The notes under the pieces: generated by a model
Database searches by the model: none
Told to the model about the DNA's origin: nothing
Seen by the model: the letters and a program-made list of their open reading frames with translations, nothing else
In this document: one piece after another, positions 10,449-21,620 of the stretch
Layout: the number at the start of each line of letters is the position of its first letter
How positions within the stretch are numbered: position 1 is the first letter of the stretch
Source: Octopus bimaculoides
Taxonomy: Eukaryota
DNA length: 32,578 bases
Direction: 5' to 3'
NCBI RefSeq assembly: GCF_001194135.2
Contig: NC_069008.1
Coordinates: 7,350,747-7,383,324 of the forward strand
Made by a program: the position numbers and the translations under genes

Positions 10449-11507
10449 NNNNNNNNNNNNNNNNNNNNNNNNNNNNNNNNNNNNNNNNNNNNNNNNNNNN
10501 NNNNNNNNNNNNNNNNNNNNNNNNNNNNNNNNNNNNNNNNNNNNNNNNNNNNNNNNNNNNNNNNNNNNNNNNNNNNNNNNNNNNNNNNNNNNNNNNNNNN
10601 NNNNNNNNNNNNNNNNNNNNNNNNNNNNNNNNNNNNNNNNNNNNNNNNNNNNNNNNNNNNNNNNNNNNNNNNNNNNNNNNNNNNNNNNNNNNNNNNNNNN
10701 NNNNNNNNNNNNNNNNNNNNNNNNNNNNNNNNNNNNNNNNNNNNNNNNNNNNNNNNNNNNNNNNNNNNNNNNNNNNNNNNNNNNNNNNNNNNNNNNNNNN
10801 NNNNNNNNNNNNNNNNNNNNNNNNNNNNNNNNNNNNNNNNNNNNNNNNNNNNNNNNNNNNNNNNNNNNNNNNNNNNNNNNNNNNNNNNNNNNNNNNNNNN
10901 NNNNNNNNNNNNNNNNNNNNNNNNNNNNNNNNNNNNNNNNNNNNNNNNNNNNNNNNNNNNNNNNNNNNNNNNNNNNNNNNNNNNNNNNNNNNNNNNNNNN
11001 NNNNNNNNNNNNCCTGGGATCTGTTCAGTTTCGCCCACAGATTTTTTAATAATTTTTCTTTTAACAGTTTGAAACTTTGTATATTAGTGTAATTTCTCAT
11101 GCTGAACATGGTTCACTTTCAACATTTTTGATAAAATTTCGTATTTTAAAAGGTATTTCATGTTAAAGTTGTCATATTTGGGTAATTTTAACCAATCAAC
11201 AATGTGTATTCTGTTGAAGAAAGCTATTGCTGTTTGCGATAGTAATCGAAGGAGAACAACTTCTAGGTCATCTCTACTAAATGTCACCACTCTGTTCTAT
11301 TTGTATGTCAAGTGAAGGGCCACAAGAACAACGATGCCACCTTTATCCTTTCTAGTCAGCACCATGCATTCCTTACTCTTTCCTAGCAGACAACCACTTC
11401 TACACTACGAACCAGCGAGCGAACTTGTCACTGCCACAACAATTACTGCTGTATCTCTAATTACATATCAGACAAATGAATAAATATATGTAAATAATAT
11501 AATATTT

Positions 11508-11915
11508 TGCTCGGCTTGATGGGACTTCTCAAGCACAAGATGATGCTAAAGGTCTTGGTCATTGCTTCTGAGAAGCCCAACACACAAAAGGAACTCAGCC
11601 ACTTTGTCACTGTGAGGTCCAATGCTCAACTATATCTTCCATTTATGTTAGCCATTGGATTGTGGCATCATGTTGTGCTTGAGAAGTCCCATCAAGCAGT
11701 CGTGCAGATACTGGTGTCATGCAAATGGCACCCATGCTGGTGGCATGTAAAAGCACCCATTACTCTCTCGGAGTGGTTGGCATTAGGAAGGGCATCCAGT
11801 CATAGAAACCATACCAAATTAGACTGGAGTCTGGTGCAGCCTTCCAGCCCTGGTGAAACCACCCAACCCCCAACCCATGCCAGCATGGACAACGGACATT
11901 AAATGATGATGACGA
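11508..11915 (+). mobile_element. RTE-LINE 3' end with an inverted 5' segment
   Basis: Plus strand 11650-11915 encodes the ORF2 terminus (LWHHVVLEKSHQA) then the tail ...GGACATTAAATGATGATGACGAT. 11508-11630 is the same ORF2 terminus on the minus strand. The arms 11514-11546 and 11665-11697 match 32/33. Confidence 0.75.
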
Positions 11916-11924
11916 TCTCTTTTA

Positions 11925-12232
11925 TCTTTTATTTGTTTCAATCACTTGACTGTGGCCATGCTGGAGCAGCGCCTTTAGTTGAACAAATCGACCTCAGAAC
12001 TTATTCCATTGCTCTTTTGCTGGACTGCTAAGTTACAGGGACGTAAACACAAACACACACATATAAATGATAGGCGTCTTTCAGTTTCTGTTTACCAAAT
12101 CCACTCACAAGGCTTTGGTCAGCCTGAGGCTATAGTAGAAGACACTTGCCCAAGGTGCCATGCAGTGGAACTGAACCTGGAACCATGTGGCTGGTAAGCA
12201 AGCTACTTATCACACAGCCATACTTGTGCCTT
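11925..12232 (-). mobile_element. SINE family A copy, tail-to-tail with the preceding RTE end
   Basis: TGTTTCAATCACTTGACTGTGGCCATGCTGGAGCAGCGCC ... GGAACTGAACCTGGAACCATGTGG...CACACAGCCA. Confidence 0.9.
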
Positions 12233-12299
12233 TATATATTTATATAGCTCATAGAGGGCCAGAGATTCTCCGTACAGAAGACAGTAGTGCTCAAAAGAT

Positions 12300-12862
12300 T
12301 TGATGTTTTTTCTTTAAAGGATTTAGTCAAACAAATCAATCTCAGTACTAATTTTTAAAGCCTGGCATTTTACCTGTCTCCTCTGTTGAATGGCTAAGTT
12401 AAAGGACACAAACAAGTCAACACCGGTTGTCAAGTGGTGGTTGGGGACAAACACAAACATACAGATACACATATACATCATCATCATCATCGTTTAACGT
12501 CCGCTTTCCATGCTAGCATGGGTTGGACGATTTGACTGAGGACTGGTGAAACCGGATGGCAACACCAGGCTCCAATCTAATTTGGCAGAGTTTCTACAGC
12601 TGGAGGCCCTTCCTAACGCCAACCACTCAGAGAGTGTAGTGGGTGCTTTTACGTGTCACCCGCACGAAAACGGCCACGCTCGAAATGGTGTCTTTTATGT
12701 GACACCCGCACAAGAGCCAGTCCAGGGGCCCTGGCAACGATCTCACTTGGCTTGCCGGGTCTTCTCATGAAAATATATATTTATCTAAGGAACCATGCAG
12801 TGTGACTGAACCTGGAACCATGTGGTTGAGAAGCAAACTTCTTACCACATAGCCATACCTGT
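12300..12862 (-). mobile_element. Older SINE family A copy split by an RTE 3' end insertion
   Basis: SINE body 12300-12476 (CAACACCGGTTGTCAAGTGGTGGTTGGGGACAAAC) and head 12785-12862 (GACTGAACCTGGAACCATGTGGTTGAGAAGCAAACTTCTTACCACATAGCCA) flank 12477-12770. Confidence 0.7.
12477..12770 (-). mobile_element. Young RTE-LINE 3' end
   Basis: (CAT)4-CGTTTAACGTCCGCTTTCCATGCTAGCATGGGTTGGACGATTTGACTGAGGACTGG...; the reverse complement at the far end encodes EKTRQAK*; CpGs retained. Confidence 0.9.
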
Positions 12863-13128
12863 ATTTTATATATACATCCTATTCTAGTATGATGTAACAT
12901 TTCAATTCAGAGTGTGTATACATTATCAACCTCTCAGAATTCATTATTCATTTAATTACCCAAAATGTCAAATAAATCAATGACTTTTTTCTTCTTTGTT
13001 TACTCTGGAAATATGTTAAATGGAAGAATATGCATGAATATTCTGAAAAAATAAAACTTTTTATTAAAATCATTACAAAGGTAAATTATGTCACCAGAGG
13101 AAATTACTGGTAGTTCTTTTCTGAATGA

Positions 13129-13899
13129 TTAAATACATGTGTAATTGTGAATAAGTTTGTGTTTAGTTAGGTTACATCCCTTGGAAAATGATTTACCACA
13201 GATTTCACAATGATATGGCTTCTCACCTGTGTGAATACGTTTGTGACTAGTTAAATTACTACTTTTAGAAAATGATTTATCACAAATATCACAGTGATAT
13301 GGTTTCTCTCCTGTATGAATATGTCTGTGTTCAGTTAAGTTGCTTACTTTTGAGAATGATTTGCCACAGATATCACATGGATATGGTTTCTCCCCTGTAT
13401 GAATTCGTTTGTGATTAGTCAAGTTATCACTTTTGGAGAACGATTTGCCACAGTCGTCACACTGATATGGCTTCACTCCAGTATGAATGCGGGTGTGTGT
13501 AGCCAAGTCACCAACTTTTGAGAATGATTTACCACAGATAGCACAGTGATATGGTCTCTCTCCTGTATGAATATGTTTGTGTTCAGTTAAATTACTTCCC
13601 TTAGAAAATGATTTATAACAGATATCGCATTGATATGGCTTCTCCCCGGTATGAATTCGTTTGTGACTAGATAAATTATTACTTTTCGAGAATGATTTAC
13701 CACAGACGTCACAATCATATGGTTTCTCTCCTGTGTGAATCCGTCTGTGAGTTGTGAGGTTCCCCCTACGAGAGAATGACTTTTTACAGATATCACAGTG
13801 GTATGTTTTTCCTGTATCTTTTGGACGCTCATCTGTAAAATTAATCCTTCGAGATGGTATATTCCATTCAGCTGTGTTTCCATACATTTCATTCATCAT
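13129..13899 (-). CDS. C2H2 zinc finger protein, 256 aa: 32-aa leader + 8 canonical fingers
   Basis: 32 + 8x28 = 256 aa with TGEKP linkers. The leader aligns without gaps to that of ZNF 26027-26878 from Met1. Candidate acceptor TATTTCAG with AG at 14019-14018. AATAAA (minus strand) at ~13059-13064. Confidence 0.95.
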   Translation of the reverse strand: MMNEMYGNTAEWNIPSRRINFTDERPKDTGKTYHCDICKKSFSRRGNLTTHRRIHTGEKPYDCDVCGKSFSKSNNLSSHKRIHTGEKPYQCDICYKSFSKGSNLTEHKHIHTGERPYHCAICGKSFSKVGDLATHTRIHTGVKPYQCDDCGKSFSKSDNLTNHKRIHTGEKPYPCDICGKSFSKVSNLTEHRHIHTGEKPYHCDICDKSFSKSSNLTSHKRIHTGEKPYHCEICGKSFSKGCNLTKHKLIHNYTCI

Positions 13900-14161
13900 G
13901 ACGTTTGGATGGGTTTGTAGTTTTTATACTTTAATTCTTAAATATTTGTTCTGCTTATCTCAAACTGTAATCTTAATATATGACAACACTGTAAACTTCA
14001 ATGTAATCCAAGATATTCTGAAATAATATAAAGATATTATATACTATAGAGGATATTAAAAGAAAATTGAGATCAAACAGCAGAAATATTACATTTCTAT
14101 AATGATAAACCATAGATGTAAAAATGAGTGTTATAGTTCGCTTGAAGCATTGTAATATCGA

Positions 14162-14353
14162 AGAAGGTAAAAAGAGAGAAAATAGAAAGCTTCTAACAAA
14201 GGGGAAAGTTTAATAAACCCTTTATATTTCAGGTGCAAAGGCCCATCTTCAGGAGAAAAGAACAGTCCGGATTTACATAACTGGACTTTTCTTCTAAAGA
14301 TAGGCCTTATTAAACATTATTGTCAGAAGCTATTTTCTCTCTTTTTACCTTCT
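14162..14353. repeat. ~190-bp imperfect inverted repeat (fold-back / MITE-like) with perfect outer 24-bp arms
   Basis: AGAAGGTAAAAAGAGAGAAAATAG (14162-14185) versus its reverse complement at 14330-14353; inner segments GCTTCT, TTTAATAA, AGGCC.ATCTT and AGTCC.G are also mirrored. Confidence 0.85.
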
Positions 14354-14932
14354 ATAGACACAAAAATTTATCTGAATAATTTACTGTTTAATTTGTTGTT
14401 AAAACACAATACAACCTTGACTGCAGCTACACACATTATGTTAAACTACAGAACCGTAGACATTAACACTCTCCTATATCCAGTACAATATTTAGAATTG
14501 CCTTGTTTGATTGTTATTGTTGTTTAACCCAAGGCAGCCCCGAGGCATCTTTGATCAAATGTGTTCCAACTCTGACATTGTATATCTGGAACAACATTTT
14601 TGTTCTTAATTTTCAAGACAGAAAGGTGTAATTTGAGGGAAATTTAGCTACCATTTCTAGCAGTCAAAGCTCCTATTAGAGCCTTTTACAGTCGTTTAGT
14701 CCCAATTTTGGGGATTTTACAAATGACAGATCAAACAAGATACATTATATTAATGAACAAAGAAAATACAACAAATAAAAAAAATACCAGCAAATTTTGT
14801 GTTTACCATGTCACTTTCACTTTGTCAAAGTTTAGCCAGTAACAGTTTGGCAACTGCAGGACAATTCTTCAAGTGGCCATCTTGTTTATTTTAAAGAATA
14901 TTTATGATGCAATTAAGAATTACTTTTTCTAT

Positions 14933-15097
14933 CATGAACATCCGTCGGCCATGCTGGCACAGGCTAGATGGTTTGACAGGATCTGGCAAGCCAGAGAGGA
15001 CTGCACCAAGCTCCACCTGCTTTGACAGTTTTTAAGATTGGATGCCCTTCCTAATGCCAATCACTTCCGAGTAGACTGGGTACTTATTACATGGCTG
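14933..15097 (-). mobile_element. Degenerate RTE-LINE 3' end
   Basis: CCATGCTGGCA...GGTTTGACAGG...CTGCACCAAGCTCCA...GGATGCCCTTCCTAATGCCAA. Confidence 0.75.
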
Positions 15098-15744
15098 TTA
15101 ATTCTAGTATTTGTACTTAAAAATAATGAATTGAATAATTTCTATTATTTTACCACATACATGGAGGCTCCAAGTGGCTGCTCAGCCTGTTAGAAATCAC
15201 AGCCAAATCTTATAATCACATTGATCTTTATAACAACACAAAACTGAACACTAAGGTTTAAAAGGAAAACATAAACTGGTGAAAATGTAACAAAGAAAAG
15301 AAATTAGTTGAATGTATTAATATCTTGAGAATATTAAATATAAAAGGCAAAGGAATGAATTGGCAGGAAGTAATAAAAAAAGTAAATAGATTTAAAGATA
15401 GAGACAGGAAGTTAAGGATTCCAGTGTATGTGAGATGAACAACATGATGGGGCCTTACATGGTAGCTATCTCCTTGCTTATTTTGTTTCTTTTTAAAATT
15501 TGACTGGTGTCAACTTTGAAGGTGATTTTTCCCTTTAGGGATCAAGGATTGAAAATAAAATAAAAAAAACATTGAGATTTTTCATGATCACTCATTCTCT
15601 CTCTGGCCAGGTAACCTTCTCTACAGCAAGACATGTTTATGCCTCTCTGTCACTCTCTAACCTTTCATCACCTGACATAAGATCACCTCCTCCAATGGCC
15701 CCCTCATCTCTCAAAATTCCTTGTCTTCCAAGTTATTTGGTGAC

Positions 15745-16040
15745 CTTGCCAGTGCTGGTGCCACATAAAAAGCATCAAGTCCACACTGTAAACGTGGTTG
15801 GTGTTTGAAAGTGTATCCAGCTGTAAAAACCATGCCAAAACTGACCTCACCTGTGCTTGTGCCACATAAAAGCACTGAGTCTGCTCTGCTGAGTGATTGG
15901 TCTTAAGAAGGGCGTCCAGCTTAAAATCCATGCCAAAACAGACACAGAAGTCTGGTGCAGTCTTCAGCCAGGCCGGCTCCTGTCAAACCATCCAACCCAT
16001 GCCAGCATGGAAGGCAGGCATTAAACAATGATGATGAGAA
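15745..16040 (+). mobile_element. RTE-tailed repeat with an internal ~100-bp tandem duplication
   Basis: GTGCCACATAAAA(A)GCA...TCCAGCT...CCATGCCAAAAC occurs twice; ends CCAACCCATGCCAGCATGGAAGGCAGGCATTAAACAATGATGATG. Confidence 0.75.
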
Positions 16041-16128
16041 TGCATAAAAATAAATGCAACTCTCTTGAATAAGTAAACCAAATAAATACTTAAATTACAA
16101 ATCCAATTTAATTTGGCTGTACTAATTA

Positions 16129-16223
16129 GTAGCCATCTGGTTCACCAGTCCTCAGTCAAATTGTCCAACCCATGCTAGCATGGAAAGTGGACGTTAAACA
16201 ATGATGATGATGATGATGATGAT
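16129..16223 (+). mobile_element. Short young RTE 3' end with a (GAT)7 tail
   Basis: GCCATCTGGTTCACCAGTCCTCAGTCAAATTGTCCAACCCATGCTAGCATGGAAAGTGGACGTTAAACAATGATGATG..., nearly identical to 28079-28161. Confidence 0.9.
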
Positions 16224-16279
16224 ACAAACACTGTGATAGTCACTAATAGCCAAATTATCTGCAGCCCACCAGTTTTTCA

Positions 16280-16640
16280 CAACATTACTGGCTGTTAGGC
16301 CATTATCATACTGTATCAGTTTTCCTCTTAAATCATTTACACTGTCATGCATACACACTGACATTACCCATCCAGCAAAGCATGCTCACTTCATTTCTTT
16401 CAAGCTTTCACAAGTCCTCTGTAATCAAAGCCCATGTTTCACTGCTATGTAACATAGCTGTTCACACATAGGCATCATACAATCTGCTTTTCACTCCTTA
16501 GTTACCATCTAAGAGCTTGTGCTCTCTGAACTTTGTCCAGCCCTTTCTCATTCTAGCATCTACACTATCAGAACTCCACCACTGTTAACTTGGTCTTCTA
16601 GGTAACAGAAGCTATCTACTACTTCTAATGATACCCCCCA
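16280..16640 (-). pseudogene. Decayed RTE-LINE ORF2 fragment (RT thumb region)
   Basis: Manual reverse-complement translation across frameshifts and stops: LEVVDSFCYLEDQVNSGG..DSVDARMRKGWTKFRE...RLYDAYV*TAMLHSSETWA...KLERNEVSMLCWM. Confidence 0.8.
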
Positions 16641-16729
16641 AGCATTTGAGGGAGTCTAGTCACTTGGATTAATTCATAAGTCATCAATTGCATACAAATT
16701 TCATTTAATTATGATGATACATGTGAGGT

Positions 16730-17038
16730 ACCAATGCCAGCGACACATAAAAAGTACCCATGCTGGTAACATGCAAAATGCAATGGAACCCATACTGGTG
16801 ACACCCAAATGAAACCTGTACTGGTGACATGTAAAAATGGCACTCATACCAGTGACATGCAAATGGCACCCATGCTGGTGCCACACAAGAGACACCTAGT
16901 ACACTATGGAGTGGTTGGCATAAGAAAGGACATCAGCCTTGCTAAACTGGAGCCTGTTGCAGCTCTCCGGTTTACCAGTTCCAGTTGAACCATCCAACCC
17001 ATGCCAGCTTGGAAAATAGACATTAAATGACGATGACA
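16730..17038 (+). mobile_element. RTE 3' end with an expanded ~27-bp minisatellite
   Basis: Repeated (C)TGGTGACATG(C/T)AAA(A)TGGCACCCAT(A/G)C units at 16735-16890, then GGAGTGGTTGGC...CCAACCCATGCCAGC...TTAAATGACGATGAC. Confidence 0.8.
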
Positions 17039-17885
17039 ATTTTACTTGAGTTTGGTTAGGATCCCTCACAGCCAATGCTAAGACAAAAATGGCAAAGACT
17101 AAGATAGTAAAATCGTAACTGTTCTATTCCTCTCTAAAGCAGGAATTGAGAATATTAAAATATGCATCTTAAGGTACTGGAGGAGATAAACTTCATACAT
17201 AAAAGAGACTATAATATCCCCACTGAAACCAAAGCTGGTTACTGCCAAAACGACACATTTTTTTGTTTCTGAAGCAATTATCATCAAAACCAAAACATTG
17301 ATATGAAAAATTGAGAGAAGCTGCATGTTTTTGTGAGTTTAATAAATCGAGGAACAGAGAAACAATTTAATGAAGATGGCCACATATAAATGTAACTAAC
17401 TGAGAGATAATATTTATCACCTCTTAAACGTGAATGTTCTATTAGAACAAACTATACTGTGGAAAATACCATGAGGAAAACTCTCATATTAGCTTTTTTT
17501 GGTGCAAAATGCATTCTTCTTTATATCACTCCAGTACTTGGACCATCAGATCACATGATCTTGACCTGGTTTGGTCTTGTCATTGATAGACACTCAACCA
17601 CTAGAGGCAGCAAGAATTCATCTCCCTACCAACAATATATAGTTTGACAGCGCCAGGTGTTGTGAATGGATTATCAAATTCTGCACATCACTCCAAAATA
17701 TTAAAATACATGCAGTCTCATAAAAACCTGTTGCCAAATTGTGCCAACCATATTCAGCAGTTTGAAATGATAAATGATGTTACTTTGGCTCCTACTAATG
17801 ATAAATAACAATATACTAAAAGAACTGAATTGAATTGTATTTAGATAAGAATTTGCTAGAAAAAGGGCACATGTAAATTTTTTTT

Positions 17886-18050
17886 TTTCTATTCTAGGCA
17901 CAAGGCCTGAAATTTTGGGGGAGGTGGCCAGTCTATTAGATCAACCCCAGTACGCAACTGGTACTTAATTTATCGACCCCGAAAGGATGAAAGGCAAAGT
18001 CGACCTCGACGGAATTTGAACTCAGAACGCTAAGACAGACGAAATACAGC
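17886..18050 (-). mobile_element. SINE family C (MetaSINE-like central domain), young, 5'-truncated
   Basis: Reverse complement: TTCTGAGTTCAAATTCCGTCGAGGTCGACTTTGCCTTTCATCCTTTCGGGGTCGATAAATTAAGTACCAGTTGCGTACTGGGG...GGCCTTGTGCCTAG. The Meta-domain assignment is from recall and needs a library search. Confidence 0.8.
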
Positions 18051-18634
18051 TTCAACATTAGGAGCAGTGACTTCTAAGGAGATTAAAAAATGTTGAAGTA
18101 CACATGTAAGTAGATTCTGATAGCAAGGTCACTATAATCCCAACAACGTCTGGATAAAACCAGGGTCCCTCAGTTTGACCATCTTGCAATGGCAGACGCA
18201 AAACAGTTTGGTAGTTCGGTTATCAAACTGTTGAGAAACTATACAATTTCCTCCCCAATACGGTTGTTGTTTTATTTATATATATAAAACAAACAAAAAC
18301 ACGACCTTATTGGAATGAGCTAGCTGAGTTCTAATAGTTTATCACTTATGACACACAATCAATAATCAATAATGGAGCTCAAGCTGAAGTAAAATTAAAA
18401 AGTTATACCAAAAGCAGCATATTATGAGCCTAGACAACTTCATTTACCTATTAACTCATGCACCAATGGGTTAAATTGGTGCATAGAGATTAAAGCAAAT
18501 GTCACAACGGTTTAATGACAAAAAGTTGAACGAGGAGTAAGTAGATAAGCTTCACCGTTGGTGGCAATGCACACAAGCCTCGTGTTTTGTGCAAGGTGGA
18601 AGTAAATTGTAATAAACGTTCTGAATCTTAGCGG

Positions 18635-19158
18635 CAGTTACGCCCCACCCTCACTCGACTTTGTTTCCTCACACCTTTCTGAAAAAAATGGACATTTCAT
18701 TTTTAGAAAGAATTTTTTCAATAAATCCATTTCACCTGATGTAGATAACAATTACATCGAATTTAACATGAAAAAAAAATAATAAAATACATGATGGTGG
18801 TGGTNNNNNNNNNNNNATTAAAGAGGAAACAAAATCGAAGAGTATGAATCATCGGACCCCCAACGCAATTGTTTTTACACATAAAACTGCGACATCATAA
18901 TCTATACAATAAAGGGTTCATATTGACGAACCTTTTATTTAAAAAATGTCCAGCTTTCAGAAAGTTATGAAGAAATAAATCGAGGTACGTGAATCATCCG
19001 AAACTCACCCTCAACCCACCCCGAAAAACAATTTTCACAACAAATTCCGATATAAAACCTAATCTACATCATCTAAATTATATCTCCCAAAATTTTTACT
19101 AAAAAAATATCCATTTTTCATAATTATAAAGAAACAAAGTCGGGGAGGGGCACATCTG
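18635..19158. mobile_element. Possible decayed TIR element / MITE cluster
   Basis: Motif GA(G/A)GAAA(C/T)AAA(G/A)TCG occurs on the minus strand at ~18655 and on the plus strand at ~18826, ~18970 and ~19130; CTTTCTGAAAAAAATGGACATTT (18675-18697) is mirrored at ~18943-18965. Confidence 0.35.
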
Positions 19159-19535
19159 TAGTCTTGCCGAGACGTTAATGTTTTCATTTCAATTTAATTA
19201 CTTTAACATGGAAGGTTTCACATAATTACGCATTATTACAGCCTCCAAGTAAATTTTTGTCTTTTCAGATGTAAACAATGAACCATTGCAGCTCCACCCG
19301 TCATGCCCATTTGTTTCTTCAAATAAAATCAATACATTCCCCTTCTATATACCATAAATCTCATTGCATTTTGCACTCAATGCAGCATCGCTACCATTCT
19401 CACCTTCGTTAACCGTGCGACCACATACACCTCGCCATCAAATAACAACCTTGTTTCGTTACCGATTCTTCCTTTGCTCTGTTATTCACCGAAATAACTT
19501 GTGATGGAAACTGGTGAATTATCAATTTTCCTGAT

Positions 19536-19760
19536 CTTACCTGGGATAATGACTTTCTCTTCCAGTTGCTCCCGAAGAAGAAAAGAAGGGGCAGCACCTA
19601 CTCTTAATTGAAACAGATTCTAGGTCCAGAGAGAAAGGACACCAGAGACGAGACTCGAACTTGCTTCTTTCCACGAACGCCAAATAAAAAGCTTCTCTGA
19701 CCCATGCGCAGCTTCTGTCTCCTTCATGTGACGTCAGTTCCTCTTTCGATTTCAACCAAT
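19536..19760 (-). promoter_or_regulatory. Candidate promoter, leader exon and splice donor for ZNF 13129-13899
   Basis: Minus-strand CAG|GTAAG donor (exon ends at 19541); full CRE TGACGTCA at 19729-19736; CCAAT at 19756-19760; CATGCGCA (NRF1-like) at 19703-19710; CpG-rich relative to flanks. Confidence 0.5.
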
Positions 19761-20570
19761 AACAACTAAGCATTAATGTCACATGCTTCTAAAAGTGTTG
19801 CTATGATGACATTGCTGCTATACTGTTGTCGTAGAGGATTTATTTTTTATTAACTCAAACTAGTCTAACCACATAAACTACAATATATTTTGACCAACTA
19901 TATATATTCAAATATAAATTAGAAGCAGCTGGAGGTAAATAAACAAAATCGAACATACATACACAAAGTATGTGTGTTGTTAGTTTGTGAGTCAGCTGCG
20001 GTTTTTAGGCGTAAGAGAATATATTCTCTATACCCCTGGTGTAAAAGACACCTGAAAGTAAGTCATAAATATATATGTATATATATTGTGAAAGTAAAAG
20101 GGAAATCATGAGAGTTGTCTTTCCTGGTGTAATAAATCCTATAATTCTTTTGATTCTAGTGTTTTGTGGTTTGTAACTTTTTTCTAGTTTTAATTTCTGT
20201 CAGAAATAAATATTATATTCTAAATTAGTAATTAAAAACTATATTAAACATAGTTCAACAGAGAAATCGGACTCTGTTCAAACGGAAAAGCTTCCATTTC
20301 TGACACAGTTGTAACGATATTCTATAATACTTAACATATTTTTGTAAGTATTCACTTATGAAAGTATAACCTGCAATTGTAGACTTTCGTTGGCACAGAT
20401 GACTTAACGGTACCAAATTTTTTTCTTTATTTCTTACATTATTGGAAATATTAAAAAAGTTATATTAAAGACCCACATAGAGCAAAAATAAAAACTTTGA
20501 TGATCTTTGTCTGACACTAGTATATTCGCCAATACATAGTTTGAAATCAAAATTAAACAGATTTAAATAA

Positions 20571-20776
20571 TGGTTTCAAATTTTTGCACAAGGCCAGCAA
20601 GTTTGGGGAGGAGGTAAGTCAATTACATCGACCCCAGTACTCAACTGATACGTATTTTATCGACACCGAAAGAATAAAAGACAAAATCGACCTCGGCGGA
20701 ATTTGAACTCAGAACGTGAAGACATGCTGTTAAGCATTTTCCTGATATGCTAACAGTTCTGCCGGCTCGCCGCCTT
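20571..20776 (-). mobile_element. SINE family C copy, near full length
   Basis: GCACAAGGCCAGCAAG...TCGACCCCAGTACTCAACTG...TCGACCTCGGCGGAATTTGAACTCAGAACG...TTCTGCCGGCTCGCCGCC. Confidence 0.85.
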
Positions 20777-21319
20777 AACAGGTTTAAATAATAACAAGGA
20801 AAATTAACAACTTTATTCCTAATTATTTTAAGTAATACACAGGAAGACTGGCCCTTCTCTTCAAAGCTAGAAAATATTTCAGCCCCCAACAATGGCTGAT
20901 ACCCCACAAGGCACGAGTGAGGCCCACAACAGAGTATTACTTCCACATCAGGGACAGTATTACAGTAATATACACAAACATCTTTGCCCACATCTAAAAA
21001 AAAAAAAAAAGACCACAAGACAAACTGGCATTAAACCATTAATAGGCATGTCCCAATCTCTGACCCTTAGACATGTTGACTCTTCTGTCTTTTCTGTTGC
21101 TATTATAATGGCCTTTGTTCCTCAGTGCTAGTTTGGTCTTGCAACTCATCCACCTCTGTCCCACTCGTCTCTCCACCTTTTATCGCTTCTGTTGCATACA
21201 TCCACTACAACCCATACTAGCAATTATTTCTCATCAGAATATCAACCCCCTGCAATCTTATTTCTGCTCATGTTGAGGAAGTTTGTGAATTCTGTAGTTT
21301 ATGGTTTTTGTTAGAAGTT

Positions 21320-21620
21320 CATCATCATCCTTTAACATCTGCTCACCATGCTGACATGAGTTAGACAGTTTGATGAGATCTAGTAAGCTGGAGAGCTGCA
21401 CCAGGTTTCAGTCTGATTTGGCATGGTTTCTACAGCTGGATGTCTTTCCTAATGCCAACCATTCTAAGAGTATAACTGATGCTTTTTACATGATACTGAC
21501 AACTGCCATGGCTACATTTTCACTTGTCTTCATGAGACTTCTCAAGCACAGTATATCACCAACAGTCTTGGTTATTTGTCATTACCTCCATGAGGCCCAA
21601 CATTTGAAGGTCATGCTTCA
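21320..21620 (-). mobile_element. RTE-LINE 3' end including the ORF2 C-terminus (decayed)
   Basis: (CAT)3 tail; the reverse complement encodes LVKHDLQMLGLMEVMTNNQDCW*YTVLEKSHEDK*. Confidence 0.8.

Noticed and set aside
10346-11109. Long ORFs of 224-277 aa here and at 30434-31267
   Set aside because: Made of N gaps and (TA)n or homopolymer runs; artefacts
19796-20260. Solo LTR (TGTTG...CAACA with AATAAA-like signals)
   Set aside because: No matching 4-6-bp TSD, no PBS or PPT, and no second copy in the window
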